A stretch of DNA of 58,498 nt, the filler included, from Sphacelaria rigidula (taxonomy: Eukaryota): NCBI GenBank assembly GCA_964200075.2. It is 6 parts of 6 records of this genome, joined end to end, with 100 filler letters (N's around TTAATTAATTAA, not from the genome) between each part and the next. Parts side by side here need not be neighbours in the genome. Positions count along the whole stretch, not along the records: positions 48,834 to 58,498 come from CAXNAA020008002.1; 5 more parts are not named here. One strand, given 5' to 3'. The position numbers were made by a program, and so were the translations under genes. This document shows, in pieces, positions 48,834-58,498 of this stretch. The notes under the pieces are model-generated. The model saw nothing but the letters and a program-made list of their open reading frames with translations, had not been told where the DNA came from and did no database searches. Each line of letters begins with the position of its first letter. Position 1 is the stretch's first letter.

Positions 48834-50914
48834 TCAACAACCAGCGGAGGCGGCGGAATATCCACTACCGCTGGACGCTCCATCACCATCAGCATCATCA
48901 TCCAGCGGCGATTCGTCATCGACATCGCCCTCGCCATCTCTCGACGACCGATCAGCGTCTGCGTCACCATCATCTCGCGGCAGCACATCATCAGCACCTG
49001 CATCGTCCTCCAGCAACAGCAGCGACGCCATCCCTGACGGAGATGATATGCCAGTGCAAACACGCAACGCACTGAGACAGCTCGAGGCGTACAACGTGGG
49101 TCCACATAACGATGAAGAACGCAGGGAGGGCAGGACGCGAGCACAAACTCGGGCGCTGAATCAGCAACAAGCGATCGCTTTGCTAACTTCACTGGGGCCC
49201 ATCAACGGGGGCCAAACCTTGCGTGCGCTGATTGCTGAGCAGAGAACATTGAAGAAGAAACCGAACGAGATACCTGCCGAACATACCAAAGAGCCAGAGC
49301 CCACAGCGATTGCCGAAGCCCGCGCCTCTGCACATGCTGACCTTTGGGAGGGGGCTATGAATTTAGAGTTCGAGGGGTTGCTTGCGGCAGGGACTTTTAC
49401 CTTAGTAGGATCGGTTCCGGAAGGGAGTAACATAGTGAACGCTAAATGGGTTTTCAAGTGAAAAACTGATGTCAACGGCGAAATCTTGAGGGCAAAGGCT
49501 AGGCTTGTAGCGAAAGGTTTTAGTCAACGGTACAAAATTGATTTTCTGGAGGTGTTTTCACCTACTACGAATGCTGCAACAATTCGTCTCCTCGTAGCGT
49601 TGGCAAACACGTATGGATGGGATCTTAGTCATTTCGACATTGAGCAGGCGTTCTTTCAGTCGGATTTGGACTATGAGATATATATGAGGCTGCCCCCAGG
49701 TTGCGGATCAATGTCAGGGAAAATTGTCCGCCTTAACAGATCCATTTATGGACTTAAACAGAGTGCCAGGCAATTCTACAAACTGTTAGTGTCGGGACTT
49801 GTGAAAATTGGTTTCGAACAGTGCCTGTTGGATCCATTCATATTGCGATTGCTAGTGGATGGTAAATTGCTAGGAGCAGTCGTTTTGCATGTAGATGATA
49901 TCATTTTTGGAGGGGCACACAGTGTGAGTAAGATAGTAGTGGAAGCACTAGATGACACACTGCCAACTAAGCATCTAGGCGATCTCACATGGTACATGGG
50001 AGTGGAGAACAAGCGTGACAAGGAGAACAGGGGTATTGAGTTATCACAGACAAGTTACATTAGAAGCGTACTTGAACGTTTCGATATTTGCCGCTCCAGC
50101 TCTTTTCCCGCCTCTACTTCTATGAATCTCAGGTCTGTGAATGACGACAAAGGTTTCAAGGATGTGCCGTTTCGCGAAATGGTGGGTTGTTCGATGTGGA
50201 TTGCCAGTCAAACCAGACCTGACATCTCCAACGCAGTGAGAGCCGTGGCGCGACACTCACATGACCCGAAGGAAACCCACTGGAAGGCAGTACCAAATAT
50301 TTTCGAGCACCTGGATTCAACGGCGGACCTAGGGCTGACATATCGTGTAGGACCTGGTATAGACATAAGAACAACAGTGTATGTGGATGTGGACTACGGG
50401 AAGGATGACGAGGCGAGGAGATCGGTATCGGGTGGTGCAGTTTTGTGTGGTAGATCACCAGTAGCATGGTACTCCAGGACGCAGAAGAGCGTTACACTTT
50501 CGACCACGGAAGCAGAGTATGTGGCTATGGAGGATGGTGTCAAAGAAGCTTTGTTTATAGACGGCATTGTGGATATTCTTTTAGTTGACAGGAAAGCAAG
50601 GCATCAGGGTGTTGGAGGATAACGAGGGTGCGATTGCTTTAGCTGAAAATCCAAAAAGCTCGTCGAACAGCAAGCATGTAGATATTCTTTATCATTTTCT
50701 AAGGGAGTTAATGGACAAAAAGAGGAAAACGTTGGAAAACGTAAGGAGTAACGAGCAACACGCTGATATTCTAACCAAAGCGTTAGCTCGCGGAGCTTTC
50801 GTCTACCATCGGATTTTTTGTTGGGTATTGAGTGAAGCAATATCTATTTGTTAAGAGTTCTGAGAGTTGATCAAAGAAAACTACTTATTGATGTAGCAAA
50901 TGCCCAAGGGAGGG
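48834..50914 (+). pseudogene. Ty1/Copia pol remnant (RT and RNase H)
   Basis: NAKWVFK*K; AKARLVAKGFSQ; FDIEQAF; LNRSIYGLKQSARQF; LHVDD; TRPDISNAV; YVDVDYG; LSTTEAEYVA; EDNEGAIALAENP; KHVDI; QHADILTKAL. A stop at 49459 and a frameshift near 50590. Confidence 0.96.
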
Positions 50915-51221
50915 TGTTCGTATATTGGTCAATTCTGCATCCGCAGATATCTTTCGGGGTAGTGTAAGATATGTTTCTTTGGAAGTCTCCGTAGAAAGGA
51001 ACGTTATCCAGAACAAGACTGAGAATATTCCGCGGAACAGTTATATGGCGCTCGGGAGATACTGCAGAGTGAGAATATCCCGCGGGCCATATAAATGTCC
51101 CGCGGGAGATTGGCTTGATGTGTGGTTGTCGGCATGGTAGGTGGGAGTTGTTGATCCCCTCGAGGGTCACTCTCTTTTGTTTCCCGATAATGAACTATTT
51201 CTTCTTCATTCATTGTGAACA
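50915..51221 (+). repeat. Putative Copia 3' LTR
   Basis: PPT aagggaggg (50906-50914) directly precedes TGTTC. The right end (gaaca at 51221) is tentative. Confidence 0.55.
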
Positions 51222-51701
51222 AGCTGCCGGGGCAGGTAGCGATCTCTGGACAATTTAGAGATGCGATGGCGAAGACGACCAAGCACTACACACACCGAAC
51301 ATCGGACAGCTAACGTAAACATGCATCTCGCGTGTGCGACTCTGTGTGCTAGAGCACCACCCCTTTTCAAAGGTATACCGTAAGCTTGCTTCAGGATGAC
51401 ATGGTGCTTGTGAAAATACCATCGATATATAGTCCTGGGCTCCATCTAGCTGGCGGAGGGAAATGAAGCCCAGACCGGGCCTAGCAGGGCCTGGCCATAA
51501 AAAAGGCCCGAACAATTCAAGCTTGTTGACCTCTCTGCGGTACATGGGGCTTGAGTAGCGCATGTGTATCTACCAACACAGAAATCCCGGGTGATATCCG
51601 TTCGATCGAGAATCACGGAAAACAACGGGAAAATATTGATTCGAGTTCAATTCTTTCATAACGATCCGTACTCATAAACTCGATGATTCTCATCTATCCT
51701 G

Positions 51702-51901
51702 GACGCCAATCTATGTACCTTTCGGTATGTGTGAGATCAAACAGGAGAAATAAGACGGGATTTTTCAGATTGGGGATGGATCTTCTGTTGAGGATGGAAA
51801 CCCGCCAGTGTATGCACCTTTCGGCATGTGTGGGGTCAAACAGGAGAAAGAAGACGGGGTTTTACAGATTAGGGATGGATCTTTTGTTGAGGATGAAAAC
51901 C
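51702..51901. repeat. ~99-bp tandem duplication spanning the MITE left end
   Basis: cgcca.t.tatg.acctttcgg.atgtgtg.g.tcaaacaggagaaa.aagacggg... occurs twice. Confidence 0.85.
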
Positions 51902-52285
51902 CGGGGGATTAAAATCTTCGTATCCACGCTAAATCTTCGAAGAATGCCTCCACTTCTTCACTTAATGGTGGCGATGAACAACTGTTACATACCATACAAA
52001 TTTGGATTTCGGTAACCGAAATGTCGAGGTCCTACGATAGGTGAAGAACCAATTTCGGAGGATTCTGGGTGTCCGGTCGGACGCTAAAATTAGTTTTTCG
52101 CCTAGGACCCTGATATTTTTCTTATCGAAATCCAAATTTGTATCGGGTGTAGCAGTTGTCAATAGCTACGAGCAAGTGAAGAAATGGAAGCATACTTCAA
52201 AGGTTTGGTGCGGATACTAAGATTTAGATCCTCCGGGTTTTCATTCCCAATTAAAGATCCATCCCCAATTTGTATAATCTCATGT
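51853..52285. mobile_element. Long-TIR MITE, second copy
   Basis: Same TIRs and central gggtgtccg..cggacgc core as 41721-42158. Confidence 0.85.
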
Positions 52286-52869
52286 TAAAAGCCAACGCAG
52301 GATTTTCTTTCTAGTACTCCACCTTCCTCCTGCGGTGCCTGCCTTACTTTTTATTGCGAAAGGGGTTCAGCGGTTCCCTTCTCTCGTCGACCGTGATTGC
52401 GAATCATGTGTAGCCACGACAAAGTCGCTCTCCACTGTTGGGCATTGTGTCAGGTAGCCTCTGCCAGACGATCGGGACAAGAGGACTATCCACGAGGGAC
52501 TCCTTCAGTAGTACTGGCCTCGTGCTCAACAAGCCCTCTTTTCGCACTTGTTATTATCACGGAGTAAACGGCTGCAACCCGTACCGTCAGGCATGGGTTA
52601 CACAGCAAGGGTTATCATCCACAGGATGCCCTTGTCCCCTGGTCATCATCCAGGATCCTACGTGCTACATCTACTGAGCCTTGGTATATTTGGCTACAGC
52701 CCCCCCAAAGTGAGTTCAAGACAAACGAACGAGCTTGACAACCAACAGAAACCCAAGGCGAATTGGCATGCTCCAAATTACAAAGAAATTTTATACTCCG
52801 ACGGTAATTCGCTTGTCAGCGCCCGGGTCAAAGTCGGTTTACGCAATTCCTGCGCAACAAATTCAGGCG

Positions 52870-54200
52870 CAAAAATATATATCTTCCGAAGAGACTTCTA
52901 CGTACTTTCTTCAGCAACGAAGCCATCTCAATCGACCAAAACAATAACATGGCCATTGCTTCAGAACCGTTAGACCAATGGGTATACGCAACATCAAATG
53001 GGTGTTACACCTCCAGCGCGTCGCTGTGCTGCGCGAATCTTGTACTTGGTTCTTGAAGTGCGTGGTGGTATCACTAACCCACAAACACCGCACCCCCAAA
53101 GTCTTGCACCATTGCAACAAATACTTCGCCGTAACCTCGGCAGTGCAAGCCTCGGTTGGTTCCAAACAAAGGAAATTCGACAAATCATCCGGGATAACAA
53201 CGTGCAGCAAATCATCAGGCAGTTAGTACCGTCAAGGTTGCTACTTCTGACGTACAGAAATCAAATTGGACAATCTCACCTGGCGCAGTACCTTGAACAG
53301 GATCGCCAAAAACGTGCCACGGGCAAGGATTAGTTTTCATACGTGCATCATTTCGTTGATCTTCAAACACACGATAACCCGTGTGATCTCTGCTCACAGT
53401 CAACGAGCCTACGCATTTCGTAGCTTCAGCTCATTTTCACGTCAGCACCAGCAGTCACCGTCTCCTACAGTATGTACAAGCCGACTGGAATGATATCACG
53501 CTCACTGCACATGTTGACTGTAGACACTTGCCTGGTGTAGACCGTGTTGTAGACGGTATATTGCATCGAACTTCACATAGACAGCAGCATCTTATTACCA
53601 TGAGAACAGTGCGTTTTTGACAGATTCGAGTATTGGAAGATTGGGTGTGTTTCTCGAGTTTCATAATGATAACTGAGGAGTATGAACAGGGTGTTCACTG
53701 TGCATTCATCTGTGATTTATGGTTGTTCCAAGAAAGATTTGGGAACTGGTGATGATTGAGATTGATGTACATATATATTGCTGTGCTGACTGACGCAAAT
53801 ATAATTAATGAAATGGAACATGGATAGGTTACGAAGAACTAATCATATTCAGGATTCGAGCTTTCGATTGCTTAAGTAGACGAGTTTGCGAAGTCTGTGC
53901 GTAGCTGGAAATGTTTTTCCCTGACGGGATCGGATTTTCTTTTCCAGTTCTTGGTAATATAGTGTTGGATACATATTTGAAAGAACATGAAATATTTTGC
54001 CGTTCTCGGAATGAGGTACCATGTATTCAGGAGGATGAACCATCAGTCCTCGAGCCGTAACCAGGGAGGCTAATCGAATATACTTACGCTCAAGGATTGT
54101 AACTGTACATCTGCCTGGATGCAAGGGAAATGGATCTTAATATTAGATCATGACGTACAGGGGAAATACTAATAAGAGAGTAGTTCTGTTGTTTAGGGTA
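52870..54200 (-). pseudogene. Highly decayed Gypsy pol remnant (RT thumb, RNase H, integrase)
   Basis: Integrase FGDPVQGTAPGEIVQFDF and DDLSNFLCLEPTEACTAEVTAKYLLQWCKTLGV..WVSDTTTHFKN parallels the integrase at 26720-27010. Upstream are the weaker VTARGLMVHP, PTLYYQELE and HFQLRTD/RKLVYL. Confidence 0.8.
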
Positions 54201-54649
54201 TACCCGATATCATGGTTGCAGTAGGTATCTGAGGGGGCACACGCTTCCTTGCGTGGCGGACAGATGGGATTATGACGTGTCATTTCGTATGAGCGATTTC
54301 CCCAAGAATGACTGCACCACTTCGTTCAGTGTGCGTGCGGTGCGTGTGTTTTTCTGTGTGTATGTGTGTGTGAGTGGGCAAATATGTGTGAACTAATTCC
54401 ATAAATGATACCTGATCTCAACTGGCCATGACTGGCCTTCAACTTTCCCCGACAATGCACCCGTTACATGAGGCTTCCTACTAGGACTACGATCTGATAT
54501 CTGACCAGATCGGAGTAGGGTTCTGAAATCCGCCAAGGTGAGCTTATCGCTCGCCGCATCGCCGAGGGATGCGGACCGTGTGTCGTAGCAACTCGAGTAT
54601 AGGCCTACGATACAACCGATGTCGGGGGGCTACGATCTGATATGTGACC

Positions 54650-54735
54650 AGATCGGGGGGGTGGGGGGGCGTTCTCATTTGTTGCTTGCCTTAGTCGTTT
54701 GACTAGATCGAGGGGGGGGGAGGGGGGGGGGGGGA
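54650..54735 (-). mobile_element. Very short LINE 3' end (copy F) with TSD
   Basis: cgttctcatttgttgcttgccttagtcgtttgac is flanked on both sides by agatcg(a)gggggg. Confidence 0.8.
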
Positions 54736-54956
54736 GTGCTGGGAAGCAGCCAGGGCAGCGGCATATGGAACGGGCACGTGGGCTGTGTCCGAAGGCGTCT
54801 CTTCCACGAGGCAACACTTTCAAGCTCGAGTAATATTTCCATAGCACAGCAAACGATTATACTTCGAACTGATAAAGGGGGGACATGGTGCGCTAGAAAA
54901 CCCTACACGGTTACGGGGCCATCTCTCTCTCCTTGAAAAGGGGTGGGGACCATCTG

Positions 54957-55220
54957 ATACTAGGAGAAAAAGCTCAATCGGGCCGGACTGAAGTGATATC
55001 AAACATCGTGGGGTGGTCACGCAAAACTTTTGGGCTTTCATCCGAGGGCAAAGTTTGTCGCTGAAACCACAGTGCTCCCGACGGGAGTCATCTGTAAATA
55101 CAGGAAAAGGTCAATCAGACCTGACTGAAGCGATGTGGGCAAACATCGTGGGGGTGGCCGCGCAAAACTCGTGGGCTTACATCCAAAAGGCGAATTTTGT
55201 CGCTAAAACCACAATTCGTC
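54957..55220. repeat. ~140-bp tandem repeat, 2 copies
   Basis: gactgaag.gat...caaacatcgtggggtgg.c.cgcaaaact...gggctt.catcc...tttgtcgct.aaaccaca occurs twice. Confidence 0.8.
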
Positions 55221-57264
55221 GATTATCAGGCGAGTCCTGAAATGAGGCTCGACTTGTAGTACCGTTGACGGAAAACAAAACATACACCATGACAAGGAAG
55301 TCGGACAGGCGACGTTGTCCCGGAATGCGGAAACCAAGTGCGGTAGATTCAAATCGATTGTGCCAACGTAAAAAACGCGACGCCCGGTATTACACGCGTG
55401 TGCTGTCACAGGGGAAAGCTATAGTCTCCACGACCGACGGTTCAGCTTCCCACACCTCAGAACCATGCTGCGCGGTGGGGTACCGCAACACACAAAAGGG
55501 CGCCCGGGGGGAAGGGGGGGGTTGCGCATCTACAAATATCTGCGGTGCTCGCCGAGGTACAGGGGGGGGCGTTTTAGTTCGGCACAAGTCAAATCGACCA
55601 TATGCTACTACATCATAAGCCGTAGAAACCAACTATCAACCACCACCAATGTAACAGTGGTCGGCGGGCACACACTTTGCACGAGGCACAGCGGCGCATG
55701 CGATACCCTGTTCGAGAGCAGAGTGAGCACGCTGTAGTGAGACAGAGAAACGGTTGGCTACGTGCACAAGGCAGATATATAACGCAGTTCCAGCCAGATG
55801 AACGCGGAGTCAGGAAACCAACCAAGTACGTCACCATGGCACTACGGGGATGTAAACAAGCGGGAACAGAACCGAAGGGCAGCTACAGCTAGTCGCTCAG
55901 CAACCACCAGTAGTGTACCAACGGGGGGCAGATACGTATTATTGATACGCGAAGCGGGCGCAACGTACATCAGTCTCCACTACGATTGTACAATGCAACC
56001 GAACCCAGAGTAACCTGACGCCCACGACAATCAGAGTAGCACAGGGGCGTCTCACTAAATACAAGAAAAAACGCAGAAAAATAAAGGGCGAGTTACTGAC
56101 CACAGTTTGGGCAGAAAACACCAACGGCAATCAACACAGAGACCTTCTAACCGAGCAGGACAAGGTCCATTTATCGACGCCAATTCGTATAATGATGGTG
56201 TAGCTAATGCACTGGCTGAGGTCTCTCAGTACGAGGACCAGGAGATACCATTGGTTCAGCTAAACCAAGCTCTCACGTGGGCACAACGTACGACCTGTAG
56301 CTATCCATCATGAACAAGCACAGTTGGTTCATTCATGTGTAGACTACTGACTAGGAACTTACGTGTTTGCTGAGCATCATGTTATATTTACAAGCAGCTC
56401 TCTTACCCAGTACAGCCGCGGCGCAGCCATAGGAGCAGAGCGTAGTGATGGCCCAGGGTAGACTAAGGCAAGGCCAGTAACTGATCGAGGTAGGTCATGG
56501 CAGCCTATTGCTGCTCCCGAACAATCCTAACAAATGTCATCAGCAAACGCGGTAACAATGCGTCAAGGAACTCCGGGTCTACGAGCAGACCCGCACAGCG
56601 TATATCTTGCAACGCCTCCGAGCTTCATCACATCAACGTCCTAGCGTTGATGGACGCTGAGGAGCGAGACAGATGGTGCTCAGAACACACTGCCTCAATT
56701 GGTGTTGTTGAAGTGATACGGAGTGAGTACCTTGTTCATCAATCAAAATCAAATCATCAGGGGGGTGTTATGGTATTTGAAGGAACTAGCGTCGATGAGG
56801 TACCACAGCGCCCGGGGTGTGGGAGTAAAAAAACGTTGGATATATATGACTCTTGGTCGGCTGTCGTGGCTCGTCAGCTTGTTGGAGGATACAGATATGC
56901 AATGTGTTCTGGATAGTCGATGGGAGATACAGTATGATTGATATCTGCACATCAAATAATCATGTGCACAACGGAGAGTGTTCCCGGAACGTTCGTTGGA
57001 TGGAGGACTTCTGCTCTTTGATTATTGTGTTATAATTTGATACGGATATAATTCCTGCGTAAGGTAGTCACACAATCGCCCCCAGCCCTCCCATGAGCAC
57101 TTCATTTTGGGCCCAGGATAACATCAGCCTTGCTGCCGTTGCTCTGAGTTCCAAGTGAGTTCTTATCAGAGAGTTCGTGGTCTTGGGGAAAACTACTGGC
57201 TCTGGTTCGTACTGTGAATGAGAAGGAGATAATCTATTTTGTTTGTGAGGGCACCTGGATTCAA

Positions 57265-57265
<1 letters not shown>

Positions 57266-57302
<37 letters not shown>
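57266..57302. repeat. (TGC)n microsatellite
   Basis: About 12 perfect units. Confidence 0.95.
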
Positions 57303-57914
57303 ACAATATTGGATCTGCATTGATTCGCTGCACCTGCTGTGCGCACTACAACCTAGTACTCACAGCTTGAGCCTCTTTTCGTGAGAACATATAGGGCAAA
57401 GGTGGACTGAGGCTGCCTTCTCAAAGGCTTTTAGCCTTAAGTTCATAATAGGGGTGCTATCGGGTGTCACTGGTAAAATACAACGATTTTCGACCTCAAC
57501 GCCATAAGCAGGTCGGAGTTGCATATTTGTTTTTTCATTTGTTCATGAAAACTATAGAGATAACTTCAATCGAGCAAAAATACTAAGGGGTCAAAACCTT
57601 TGGCTGAGTAGGCTCAGGGCCCGCCAAAACCCAGTCGGCCCGTAAGTCGTTCAAAATTGAGTGGAGATGTGATTTCATTTCGCAATGTAAAGGGGGTACC
57701 TGGTGAATCTCCATCCACAAACTGTAGGTTCAAACTTCACCGAGATTTGCACGCGAAAACACTTTCGAACATCCCCAACTACAAAAAAAGCGACGTAAAG
57801 CTCATTTCTCAGATGAAAACAGTTGTCTATGGTATTCTCAAACCAAAGAAAGGCGAGCCGAGCGTCTGCGACGACGATTACTGAAAATAAGAGGAGAAAG
57901 AAAAACTCCAGTTT

Positions 57915-58010
57915 AGGCCTCCCTACTGTGTTACCCCGGCTGATGAGCCCACACGTATCGGCAGGTGTAGACTGGCGTCCAGGATAGCTGGGATAACAAC
58001 ACACGTACAC
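57915..58010 (+). mobile_element. SINE body fragment
   Basis: ctgtgttaccccggctgatgagcccacacgtatcggcaggtgtagactg aligns with 40397-40490. Confidence 0.7.
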
Positions 58011-58498
58011 ACACCACATCTGCCCAAACCTTGGGTGAAGTAAATACCCGGGTATTTCACCCGGGTACTCAAGTACCTGCCCTACCCGACCTTACCTTGC
58101 AAAAAATGAAGCGGTCATAAAACATGTGACCAAGAGGAGAGATCCAACACTCACTGCAGAAACCTGCAGACACCGCATTTTTTTATCTCAATCAATCCAA
58201 TCTCACGCCCAGTATATCAGTCTCACCAGTGGTGGACTCCTTGCTGAGCGAGCGGCAGTAGATGGTAGCGTCAAACGATGACTCTCGCTTGCCCAAGGGA
58301 CGCTCAAGCCATCATCGTCTCTGTCATATACGAATTCACACTCGTACATGACCACATCCGAACAGACCTGCAGTCTTGGGTCTTAGAATACCCTAATTGC
58401 AAATATCAAGCCGAGTCATCCTACGATAGGGGGGGGGGTATTTTGGGCCACTTGTTGCTCGAAATTTCGAGTCAGATCTTCGTTGAAAGAGGCAACGG

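Noticed and set aside
56500..56820. RT motif (IVTAFADDIC) on the minus strand
   Set aside because: It is an isolated FADD among many stops, with no other RT motifs at the expected spacing.

Overview
This window is not one locus. It is six unrelated contigs (1-9668, 9769-19435, 19536-29201, 29302-38967, 39068-48733, 48834-58498; lengths 9668, 9667, 9666, 9666, 9666, 9665) joined by 100-bp N/TTAATTAATTAA/N pads, so adjacency across the pads carries no meaning. The DNA is eukaryotic, gene-poor and rich in transposable elements; the element types suggest a stramenopile, probably a brown alga (inference). One host coding exon is supported: the last exon of a KP-43/TagC-type S8 subtilase with a hydrophobic tail. 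Mobile DNA includes a structurally complete but decayed chromodomain Ty3/Gypsy element (two LTRs, GATC target-site duplication [TSD]) inserted in a 187-bp tandem repeat, three other Gypsy remnants, a Ty1/Copia remnant, several 5'-truncated copies of one LINE, a tRNA-derived SINE family, TTAA-flanked and long-TIR MITEs, and a possible Penelope-like RT relic. The most unusual signals are: (i) a Gypsy C-terminus with a chromodomain-like end followed by a PWWP/Tudor-like domain; (ii) a LINE with no poly(A) tail whose copies sit in C/G tracts and stack head-to-tail; (iii) fixed-period 42-bp and 43-bp palindrome arrays, the 43-bp one resembling a repeat-spacer array; (iv) a decayed unknown protein-coding region at about 11.0-13.5 kb. 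No rRNA, intact tRNA, CRISPR-Cas or prokaryotic operon was seen.
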